Of a stretch of DNA of 64,000 bases, positions 9,496-17,268 are shown one piece after another. This DNA comes from Pseudomonadota bacterium. Its GTDB lineage: Bacteria > Pseudomonadota > Gammaproteobacteria > Burkholderiales > JBEEJL01. The notes under the pieces are model-generated. The model did no database searches, had not been told where the DNA came from, and saw nothing but the letters and a program-made list of their open reading frames with translations. The position numbers and the translations under genes were made by a program. How positions within the stretch are numbered: the first letter of the stretch is position 1; the number at the start of each line of letters is the position of its first letter. The stretch lies in assembly GCA_043744215.1 (NCBI GenBank), contig JAYTVC010000049.1, forward strand, positions 1,051-65,050. Reading direction: 5' to 3'.

Positions 9496-10376
9496 GCACT
9501 TACCTGCTTGCTCTGTTTATAGGCATCGGTTTTGTCTGCTTTGTGGGCATGGTGATTTACAGCGTCCTCAACCTTAAAGCTGAAGTGCCGCAGGAAGATC
9601 GGGAATACCTTGACCCTTTACCCAAGGGCTTGCGCATGGTGTGGCCCCTGGTGCGTTTTCTTGACTATCAAATCGGGAGTAGGATTCCCGAACGCATGAT
9701 TGCGCGCCCGGCTGAGATGCTGCGGCAAACCGGTTTGCTTTACTTGATGAGCGGCCGACAATTTATCTCGCTGTGTATTTTTAGTGCCATCTGTTTTGCA
9801 TTGATCAGCGCATTCTGTATCTCAATTGTTTGGGAAATGAATTATCTGGTCGTCCTCGGCGCAGCCGCATTCGGATTTGTTTACCCCAATACATGGTTGC
9901 GTAAATCATTGATTAATAGAAGAAAATTGATATTAAAAGGTTTGCCTGCTTATCTTGATTTTCTCACTATGGGCATTGAAGCTGGCTTGAATATGGCAGG
10001 TTCAATTCAGCAGGCGGTGATGAAAGGGCCGGCCGGCCCGCTAAAAAATGAAATGGGTTTGGTGCTGCGTGATTTGCGTTCCGGGCTCAATCGCGCTGAA
10101 GCGCTGCAACGTATGAACGAACGTATCGGTGTGGCAGAAGTAAGTAATTTTGTGAACGCTGTGGTGCAAGCCGAGCGGATGGGCGCAAGTTTGGGCCCGA
10201 CGTTTCGCTACCAGGCAGATCAGCGCCGAACCGAACGATTTCAACGCGCCGAAAAAATGGCGATGGAAGCGCCTGTCAAACTGATATTTCCTCTTGTCGC
10301 TTTTATTTTTCCCATAACCTTTCTGGTTTTGTTGTTTCCCATCGCGATGAAATACATTGAAAGCGGGGGCTTATGA
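9492..10376 (+). CDS. tadC: TadC (T2SS-F family inner-membrane platform protein)
   Basis: I take the start at ATG 9492 (MSTYLLALF), which overlaps the tadB stop (ATGA). The T2SSF-like domain contains LPAYLDFLTMGIEAGLNMAGSIQ. The ORF track extends upstream to 9405. Confidence 0.8.
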   Translation: MSTYLLALFIGIGFVCFVGMVIYSVLNLKAEVPQEDREYLDPLPKGLRMVWPLVRFLDYQIGSRIPERMIARPAEMLRQTGLLYLMSGRQFISLCIFSAICFALISAFCISIVWEMNYLVVLGAAAFGFVYPNTWLRKSLINRRKLILKGLPAYLDFLTMGIEAGLNMAGSIQQAVMKGPAGPLKNEMGLVLRDLRSGLNRAEALQRMNERIGVAEVSNFVNAVVQAERMGASLGPTFRYQADQRRTERFQRAEKMAMEAPVKLIFPLVAFIFPITFLVLLFPIAMKYIESGGL

Positions 10377-10738
10377 AAACGGCTACGCTAAGCGTGCAAG
10401 AAAATCGTTTCAATACGCATATTGCCATTCGCATTGCCGAATCTTATTTCGATCGGTTGCGCGGGTTGTTGGGTCGCCCTGCGTTAAAAGGTAACCAGGG
10501 TTTGCTTATCCGCCCGTGCTCATCAATCCATACGTTGGGCATGGCTTATTCGCTGGATGTCGTTTTTCTCGACAGCGAAATGAATATCATCAAGCTCAGC
10601 CCTGCGGTGCGCCCCTCGCGCGTGCGCGTGGCGGGCAAAGCCCAATCGGTATTGGAATTATCCGGCGGCACAATTGACAGGATGGGCATGAAAGTAGGCC
10701 AGCGTCTGCAATTGAACGTGAACCCAGCACAAAGGTGA
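10373..10738 (+). CDS. DUF192-family protein
   Basis: RLRGLLGRPALKGNQGLLIRPCSSIHTLGMAYSLDVVFLD matches the DUF192 (COG1430) signature region as I remember it. There is an ATGA overlap with tadC. Confidence 0.65.
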   Translation: MKTATLSVQENRFNTHIAIRIAESYFDRLRGLLGRPALKGNQGLLIRPCSSIHTLGMAYSLDVVFLDSEMNIIKLSPAVRPSRVRVAGKAQSVLELSGGTIDRMGMKVGQRLQLNVNPAQR

Positions 10739-10745
10739 GGGCAAA

Positions 10746-11507
10746 TTGAAAACTATCCATTGTTTTTATTCGTTGCCGTCGCCAAAAAAAATGGCTGGGC
10801 AAACTTTTGTCGAGTACCTGGTGATATTGCCCGTGCTCTTATTGTTATTGTTGGGAGCGATACAGTTTGGTTTTATCTACCAGGCAAAATCAACCTTGAA
10901 CTATGCAGCTTATCTGGCCGCGCGTGAAGGCGCGCTCGATGCGGGTAAGAAATCCAGTATGCAAAACGCACTGGCTAGCGGCTTGACACCGTTGTTCACC
11001 CACCAGGCGACCCCGGCAGGCGTCGTGGCGGGCAGGGCAACAGCCTTCTTTGAAACAAAACCCATACCCGGTATCAATGTCAGTCCATCCAAAATAGTGG
11101 TGCTCAATCCTACTGCCGATCAATTCAGGGATTTTGCCGTGAATAGCTTAGCGGGTGGCAGCGGCAAGGAGATTCCCAATGACACCTTGTCTTATAGAAA
11201 AACCACTTTGGGTGCCAAATCCGGCGTACCGATTCAAGATGCCAATATTTTGAAAATTCGTGTGACCTATTGTTACCAATTGACGGTGCCTATTGCAGAT
11301 AGAGTTATTCATGCATTGTCAGTAGGGATCAATAGTTTTACCGATGGCCATTCTTTGACGGAGTTTTACGGACGCGGGTCTGCTCTGGAGTATTTTCTGA
11401 AAGATCCCTGCCGTGCCGTTAACACTTTCGGTAAAGGCCACCGCATAGAAATTCAGTCAGAAGCCATTGTCCGTATGCAAACCCCTTTTCTGGAGGCGAA
11501 TTTATAA
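10746..11507 (+). CDS. TadE-like pseudopilin
   Basis: KKMAG|QTFVEYLVILPVLLLLLLGAIQFGFIY is a TadE-like N-terminal motif. The start is ambiguous (TTG 10746 or ATG 10791). Confidence 0.7.
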   Translation: MKTIHCFYSLPSPKKMAGQTFVEYLVILPVLLLLLLGAIQFGFIYQAKSTLNYAAYLAAREGALDAGKKSSMQNALASGLTPLFTHQATPAGVVAGRATAFFETKPIPGINVSPSKIVVLNPTADQFRDFAVNSLAGGSGKEIPNDTLSYRKTTLGAKSGVPIQDANILKIRVTYCYQLTVPIADRVIHALSVGINSFTDGHSLTEFYGRGSALEYFLKDPCRAVNTFGKGHRIEIQSEAIVRMQTPFLEANL

Positions 11508-12016
11508 TGGGTAAACGAATCTCGATGACAGGCGTTACCTTGCTGTGGCTGATCTTTACCGGCAGCTTAGCGGCCCAGGCAAGTGAACCTGTGCGTTATA
11601 CCAATGTCGATGGCATTGAAATGATTTCCAATGCGGGCAAGTCTCATAAAACGGTATCGCTTGAAACTAAACAAAAGGAGCCGAAAGATTTACAGCCCAG
11701 CATGGAGTTTAAGCCTGCTTCGTTATCCGTTACTGGCAGCAAAAGCAGATCGCAAGGCATGATGCCCGTGAGTTTGGATGCCAATTTTAAGGTCGATTCA
11801 GGTGTGCAAAAAAACCGTGATGCGAGCCGCATGAAAATACTGCAAGATGAATTGGAAACGGAGATGGCGCATATGAAAGACAAGCAGCTCGCCATGAAAC
11901 GCCTTGGTCCTTCAGAGCCGAAAAATGAAGAGTTGAGAATTGCATTGCTTGAAAGTGTGACAAATCACGAAAAAAACATAATGTCTCTATTGAAAGAATT
12001 GCAGATAAAAAAGTAG
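11507..12016 (+). CDS. Exported protein with DUF4124-like N-terminus and coiled-coil C-terminus
   Basis: A signal peptide (LAAQA|SE) is followed by VRYTNVDGIEMISN, which resembles the DUF4124 motif. The C-terminus is charged and helical. The start overlaps the upstream stop (TAATG). Confidence 0.45.
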   Translation: MGKRISMTGVTLLWLIFTGSLAAQASEPVRYTNVDGIEMISNAGKSHKTVSLETKQKEPKDLQPSMEFKPASLSVTGSKSRSQGMMPVSLDANFKVDSGVQKNRDASRMKILQDELETEMAHMKDKQLAMKRLGPSEPKNEELRIALLESVTNHEKNIMSLLKELQIKK

Positions 12017-12064
12017 CGGGTATAGTGAATGTAGCAGCCCCCTATGCGCCTATAAGATTTGTTG

Positions 12065-12091
12065 TAACTTATTGATTTTATTGAATATTTT
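12065..12091 (+). repeat. 27-bp AT-rich intergenic motif copy (IHF-consensus-like core)
   Basis: taacttattgattttattgaatatttt. The complement contains AATCAATAAGTTA, which matches WATCAANNNNTTR. Confidence 0.6.
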
Positions 12092-12127
12092 CTATTTCCT
12101 CGTGCTTCCGACTTTTGATTTGGAGAA

Positions 12128-12868
12128 GTGATGATATCCATTAAACCATTGCTGCAGATAGCTTTACTTTTTATGGTTGCGCTAACAGCCCATGCCGCCG
12201 ATCCCAATATGCCTCGGCCCGGGCTCTACAAACTAGAGTTCGACACTAATGTTACATCTCCATACTTGGCTGACTCAGCTGGTGGGAAAAGCGATTCAGC
12301 GACTGGGCAGATAACGCAAATTATAAATGGTAAGGCAGTCAACACTTTTCAAGGCAAACCGCAGAACATTTGTGTCGACGATCCACTGAAAATGAAAAAC
12401 CCGATTCCCAACGTAGGCAACTGCAAGGCTAAATATGTCGTCGGCATCAAAGAGACCACTATCACCAGCCAATGTGAACATGCGGATATGTTAAGCGTAA
12501 ATAGAAAAATCAGTGACAATGTTTACCAATCGGACGTTACCTTAACCCAGAAATCCATGTCGGCGATGCGCGGAATAGATGCGAGTGCAGAGGGGATGGA
12601 AGCAATGATGGCAATGGCTACTACACCGGAAGAGCGCGAAAAAATTCGTCAAGCTATGGCACAGGGTCCGAGTATTGCCGAAAGAAAGGCTCAGGCGGCC
12701 GAGATGATAGCGGCAATGGAAGCAGAACTGAAAAATGAAACTGACCCCAGTACACGTCAAGCCATGCAAAAAAACCTGGATATGATGAAGGGCAACAGTG
12801 CGCCGAGCGTCTTGATGAAGACGACCGCGCGCCAAATTTGGACTCGCATCGGCAACTGCACCAAATAG
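12128..12868 (+). CDS. Hypothetical exported protein (possibly DUF3617-like)
   Basis: It has a signal peptide (ALTAHA|AD), conserved Cys residues and a Met/Ala/Glu-rich C-terminal half. The family assignment is tentative. Confidence 0.45.
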   Translation: MMISIKPLLQIALLFMVALTAHAADPNMPRPGLYKLEFDTNVTSPYLADSAGGKSDSATGQITQIINGKAVNTFQGKPQNICVDDPLKMKNPIPNVGNCKAKYVVGIKETTITSQCEHADMLSVNRKISDNVYQSDVTLTQKSMSAMRGIDASAEGMEAMMAMATTPEEREKIRQAMAQGPSIAERKAQAAEMIAAMEAELKNETDPSTRQAMQKNLDMMKGNSAPSVLMKTTARQIWTRIGNCTK

Positions 12869-12890
12869 AATTTACCGTAGGATATTAAAA

Positions 12891-12920
12891 GCTGCCAACT
12901 TATGTTGGCGGCTTTTTTTT
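12891..12920 (+). terminator. Rho-independent terminator
   Basis: The stem is gctgccaac / gttggcggc with loop ttat, followed by T8. It lies immediately after the 12128-12868 gene. Confidence 0.7.
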
Positions 12921-13007
12921 GGTCGCGCTTCTGGAAAGCGCAATCACAGGCATGTGCAATCTATGGGATAATTCATTTAATTATCGTTCAAAAAGAAAGA
13001 GGCAAGA

Positions 13008-14045
13008 ATGAAATTCAATCAACTCGGCACCAGCAATTTGCAAGTCTCCGAAATCTGTCTCGGCACCATGACCTACGGCCAGCAAAACACGGAAGCCGAA
13101 GCGCACGAGCAGCTTGATTACGCGACGGAGCAGGGAATAAATTTTATCGACTGCGCCGAGATGTATCCCGTGCCAGGCAAAGCAGAAACCCAAGGCCGCA
13201 CCGAGCAATACATCGGTAGCTGGTTGAAGAAACAAGCGCGCGAAAAATATATTATTGCCACAAAAATCACCGGTCCCGCGCGCGGCTTTACCTGGATTCG
13301 CAATGGTGCGATCACACTTGACCGCGCCAATATCAATCTTGCCATCAATGGCAGCCTCAAGCGTTTGCAAACGGATTATGTCGATGTGTATCAAATTCAC
13401 TGGCCCGAGCGTAATGTGCCGATGTTCGGCGCATGGAAGTTTGATGCAGCGCTTGAGCGCCAATCCACGCCGATTCGTGAACAACTGGAATCGTTAGCCG
13501 AGCTGGTGAAAGCGGGTAAAATTCGTCACGTTGGTTTGTCCAACGAAACACCGTGGGGCGTGAGCGAGTTTTGTAAAATGGCTGAGCTGCATAATTTGCC
13601 GCGCGTAGTGTCTATTCAGAATGCATATCATTTGATGAACCGCACCTTCGAGCCGTATCTCGCCGAAACCTGCCTGCGTGAAAAAGTCGGTTTGCTTGCG
13701 TATAGCCCGCTGGCGTTCGGTTATCTCACGGGAAAATATTTGAAAGACCCGAAAGCCCACGGCCGTATCAATTTGTTTGAAGGTTTTCCGCAACGTTACA
13801 CCAAACCCAATGTGCAGCCGGCCGTCAAAGCCTATGTTGAGTTGGCAGAAAAATATAATCTCACACCAACCACGCTGGCCTTGGCATTTGTGCAAAGCCG
13901 CTGGTTTCTCGCCAGCAATATTATCGGCGCGACGACCATGGCGCAGTTGAAAGAAAATATCATGGCCTGCCAAACCAAATTGCCCGACGAAGTGCTGAAA
14001 GAAATCGACGCGCTCCATCTTCGCTTCACCAATCCCGCGCCATGA
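13008..14045 (+). CDS. tas: NADP(H)-dependent aldo/keto reductase, Tas-like
   Basis: The protein is colinear along its length with E. coli Tas as I recall it (LGTMTYGQQNTEAEAHEQLDYATEQGINFIDCAEMYPVP, LKRLQTDYVDVYQIHWP, GKIRHVGLSNETPWG). Confidence 0.85.
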   Translation: MKFNQLGTSNLQVSEICLGTMTYGQQNTEAEAHEQLDYATEQGINFIDCAEMYPVPGKAETQGRTEQYIGSWLKKQAREKYIIATKITGPARGFTWIRNGAITLDRANINLAINGSLKRLQTDYVDVYQIHWPERNVPMFGAWKFDAALERQSTPIREQLESLAELVKAGKIRHVGLSNETPWGVSEFCKMAELHNLPRVVSIQNAYHLMNRTFEPYLAETCLREKVGLLAYSPLAFGYLTGKYLKDPKAHGRINLFEGFPQRYTKPNVQPAVKAYVELAEKYNLTPTTLALAFVQSRWFLASNIIGATTMAQLKENIMACQTKLPDEVLKEIDALHLRFTNPAP

Positions 14046-14533
14046 ACGACTTTGCGCTACGCAATTATAAAGTTGGTGACATCGGCCAAATCACCGTGTC
14101 CCATAGCGCCTACTACCATGCGCACTGGAGTCTTGATTCCACTTTTGAAGTGGAGGTGGCGAGCGAGCTGGCTGAATTCGTCAATGGTTTTGATAAGAAA
14201 AAAGATGGCCTGTGGGTCGCCGAATACGAAGGTAAGTTCGCCGGTGCTATTGCCATTGCAGGTAAAAACATCGACATTGATGGTGCCCGGCTGCGCTGGT
14301 TTATTGTCGAGCAACCTTTGCAAGGCAAGGGCATCGGCCAATTGTTGATTCAACGGGCAGTCGATTTTTGCCGTGAGAAAAATTACAAAAAAATTACCCT
14401 GTGGACTTTTGCCGGACTCGATCCCGCGCGTATTTTGTATGAGCGCGCAGGCTTTCGTCTGATTGAAGCCACACCAAAAAAACTCTGGGGCCGCAGCATC
14501 ATGGACCAAAAATTCGAGTTGGTTTTAGCCTGA
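14042..14533 (+). CDS. GNAT-family N-acetyltransferase
   Basis: It has the acetyl-CoA-binding motif region (QPLQGKGIGQLLIQRAVDFCRE, YERAGFRLIE). There is an ATGA overlap with the upstream gene. Confidence 0.8.
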   Translation: MNDFALRNYKVGDIGQITVSHSAYYHAHWSLDSTFEVEVASELAEFVNGFDKKKDGLWVAEYEGKFAGAIAIAGKNIDIDGARLRWFIVEQPLQGKGIGQLLIQRAVDFCREKNYKKITLWTFAGLDPARILYERAGFRLIEATPKKLWGRSIMDQKFELVLA

Positions 14534-14548
14534 TTTATTGCGTTCGCC

Positions 14549-15355
14549 ATGCCGATCATCAGCGCAGGAAAAATCAAACTCTATTATGAATTGAACGGCA
14601 CAGGGCCGCGCTTACTCTACATCAGCGGCACCGGTGGCGACCTGCGCAAGCACCCCAACATTTTCGATAGCCCGCTGGCTAAACAATTCACGATTCTCGC
14701 TTTTGACCAGCGAGGCATGGGCCAAAGCGATAAGCCCAATATTCCCTACAGCATGAATGATTATGCGCACGATGCTGCTGTGCTGCTCGATGCAATTGGT
14801 TGGGACAGTTGCTTGCTCTTCGGGTATTCATTCGGAGGCATGGTGGCGCAGGAGCTGGTGCTGCATTATCCGCAACGTATCAACAAACTCGCGCTCGCTG
14901 CAACATCCAGCGGCGGTGCAGGTGGCGCATCTTATCCGCTGCACCAACTGCAAACCCTCGCGCGCGAAAAATACGCCGAGCGCATGATCGAGCTTGGTGA
15001 CACAAGACAAGATGCCGTTTGGCGCGCAGCACATCCAGACGCATACGAAGCATTGAAGCAGCAAATCCTCATGTCCATGCAAATCGGCGCTGACGATGCA
15101 CACCAGAAAATCGGTGCGCGTCGCCAACTCGAAGCGCGCAAACTGCATCACACTTACGATCGTTTGCCGCAACTGAAAATGCCTGTGTATATTTGTGGCG
15201 GGCGCTATGATGGAATTTGTCCGGTGGAAAATTTGCTGGCGCTGAAAAAACAAACTGCGCATTCAACGCTGGAATTATTTGAAGGCGGCCATCATTTTTT
15301 GCTGCAAGACGCTTCCGGCTACACGCGAGTCGCTGAATTTTTTCTCCAGAGGTAA
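14549..15355 (+). CDS. Alpha/beta-fold hydrolase
   Basis: It has a GxSxG nucleophile elbow (GYSFGGMVA), an HG-type oxyanion region and a C-terminal GGHHF. Confidence 0.75.
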   Translation: MPIISAGKIKLYYELNGTGPRLLYISGTGGDLRKHPNIFDSPLAKQFTILAFDQRGMGQSDKPNIPYSMNDYAHDAAVLLDAIGWDSCLLFGYSFGGMVAQELVLHYPQRINKLALAATSSGGAGGASYPLHQLQTLAREKYAERMIELGDTRQDAVWRAAHPDAYEALKQQILMSMQIGADDAHQKIGARRQLEARKLHHTYDRLPQLKMPVYICGGRYDGICPVENLLALKKQTAHSTLELFEGGHHFLLQDASGYTRVAEFFLQR

Positions 15356-15360
15356 TTTCA

Positions 15361-15387
15361 TAACTATATGATTATATTCAATAATTT
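15361..15387 (+). repeat. 27-bp AT-rich intergenic motif copy
   Basis: taactatatgattatattcaataattt. It fills the short gap between the hydrolase and KTSC genes. Confidence 0.6.
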
Positions 15388-15392
15388 GTTAT

Positions 15393-15611
15393 TTGTTCAT
15401 GGATAGAAAACCCGTCAATGCCGAGAAAATAAAATCCGTCGGCTACGATGAGAAAACGCGCACGCTCGAGATTGAATTCCGCAACGGCAGCGTCATGCAA
15501 TACGCTAATGTCTCAAGGGAATTACATCGTAAAATGCTGAGCGCCTCTTCCATCGGCAGTTTTTTTACGGATAACATTGAAGAAAATTTTTCTGCCAAAC
15601 GGCTACGATAA
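15393..15611 (+). CDS. KTSC-domain protein
   Basis: SVGYDEKTRTLEIEFRNGSVMQYANVSRELHRKMLSASSIGSFF matches the KTSC-domain pattern. The likely start is ATG 15399. Confidence 0.6.
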   Translation: MFMDRKPVNAEKIKSVGYDEKTRTLEIEFRNGSVMQYANVSRELHRKMLSASSIGSFFTDNIEENFSAKRLR

Positions 15612-15637
15612 TAATTTTTGTAAAAGGCTGTCCATCC

Positions 15638-16651
15638 ATGTCGGGTTTTGATGACTATTGGTATGTAATCGCGGAATCGGAACAGCTAAAGACGGGCAGC
15701 GTACTTGCGCGATGCGTGCTGGATGAAAATCTGGTGTGCTTTCGTTCGGCGAATGGACAGCCAACGGTTTTGCAGGATCGCTGTCTGCACCGTCATGCGC
15801 CCCTGTCGGGCGGCAGTGTACACAATGGTTTGTTGTCCTGTCCCTATCACGGCTGGACTTATGACGGCGGCGGTTGTGTTGTCTCCGTGCCATCCATGGG
15901 GTGCAGTTCAAATGGAAAAATTTCCCAGCCGTTTCCAGTGATCGAACGCGATGGCTATGTCTATGTGCGTTTGAAGCGAGAGGGGGCGGCGGAGATACAG
16001 CCATTCAACATGCCACACTACCAGCAGCCAGGATGGCACAACCTGCGATTGCAAAACCGTTTTGCCAACAACGTATCGAATTGCGTTGAAAATTTTATTG
16101 ATATTCCCCATACGGCATTTGTGCATCGGGCCATCTTCCGCGCCAGTCGCGGCGAGCGCCTGTCGGCGACGGTTACCCGCATCAACGGTGAAGTGCATGT
16201 CAGCTATCGCAACGAGCAAGCTAATCTCGGCAGCTATCGCTGGTTTCTCAATCCGCGCGGGCAGGGCATCCAACATACCGATAGTTTTTATGCGCCCAAT
16301 GTGACGTCGGTGGTGTATGAAATCGGCACCAAGCGATTCATTATTACGTCGCAATCCGTGCCGGTTGCAGCGGATGAAACCCTGGTCTATACCGATTTGA
16401 CCTATGCGTTCGGTAAACTCAATACTTTGGCGGCGCCATTTGTGCGGCGTCATGCCCAGCGTATTATCGATCAGGATATCGAAATACTGGCGGCGCAAAT
16501 GAAGGTGATTAAAAAATACGGTTGTGATTTTTCCGATACGCCAGCCGATGTTATTCACCGTTGTGTCGATTCCATCCGCGAGGCCATCGCGCGCGGTGAC
16601 GATCCACGCAGCCTGGCGCCATTAACGCGGGACATCGAGTTCACCGTATGA
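15638..16651 (+). CDS. Rieske [2Fe-2S] non-haem-iron oxygenase (alpha-subunit type)
   Basis: The Rieske motif is CLHRHAPLSGG...CPYHGWTYD (CxH...CxxH). The catalytic domain contains NFIDIPHTAFVH. Confidence 0.85.
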   Translation: MSGFDDYWYVIAESEQLKTGSVLARCVLDENLVCFRSANGQPTVLQDRCLHRHAPLSGGSVHNGLLSCPYHGWTYDGGGCVVSVPSMGCSSNGKISQPFPVIERDGYVYVRLKREGAAEIQPFNMPHYQQPGWHNLRLQNRFANNVSNCVENFIDIPHTAFVHRAIFRASRGERLSATVTRINGEVHVSYRNEQANLGSYRWFLNPRGQGIQHTDSFYAPNVTSVVYEIGTKRFIITSQSVPVAADETLVYTDLTYAFGKLNTLAAPFVRRHAQRIIDQDIEILAAQMKVIKKYGCDFSDTPADVIHRCVDSIREAIARGDDPRSLAPLTRDIEFTV

Positions 16652-17268
16652 CTTTGCGCGGGCGATTGATCAGTTTATTTCCTGCAGCCTGGCTGGCTGC
16701 GGTGGCGACATGTTTGATTCGGATTGTGATTGCGCCAGATGGCGTAAAATTTTTTCTGTTGTTCGTGGCGCTGTATTTGCTGCCGGTACTTTGCTTTAGA
16801 TTGCACAATCTGGCATGGCCGCTCACCGAGGGCCGCTCGCGTTTGGATGTGCCGACCTATTCACCCTGGTGGGGCAGCCATCAGTTGCAAATCATGTACA
16901 GCGCATTCCCGTTCCTTGAGGCGGCGCTGAGACTAATCCCCGGCGCATACAGCGCATGGCTGCGCTTGTGGGGCAGCCATATCGGGCGCAGGGTTTATTG
17001 GACACCAAGAGTTGAAATCGTTGACCGTAGTTTGCTCGAGGTAGGCGACGACGTCGTGTTCGGCCATCTGGTGGCTTGTAGCGCCCACATTATTCAACGC
17101 CGCGAAAATTCTACCGCTCTCTATGTGCGGCGGATTCGGATCGGCAATCGCGTGCTGTTGGGAGCAGGTTCCCGCATCGGCCCCGGTGTGCGCATCGAAG
17201 AGGGCGTTACGCTGGATTTGCGTTCCGACGTCATGCCCGGCCAACGTATTCGGGCCAACAAAACATGA
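16648..17268 (+). CDS. Membrane-anchored left-handed-beta-helix (hexapeptide) acyltransferase-like protein
   Basis: The N-terminal segments are hydrophobic. The C-terminus has hexapeptide-like repeats (VGDDVVFGH, IGNRVLLGAGSRIGPGVRIEEGV). There are ATGA overlaps at both ends. Confidence 0.5.
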   Translation: MTLRGRLISLFPAAWLAAVATCLIRIVIAPDGVKFFLLFVALYLLPVLCFRLHNLAWPLTEGRSRLDVPTYSPWWGSHQLQIMYSAFPFLEAALRLIPGAYSAWLRLWGSHIGRRVYWTPRVEIVDRSLLEVGDDVVFGHLVACSAHIIQRRENSTALYVRRIRIGNRVLLGAGSRIGPGVRIEEGVTLDLRSDVMPGQRIRANKT

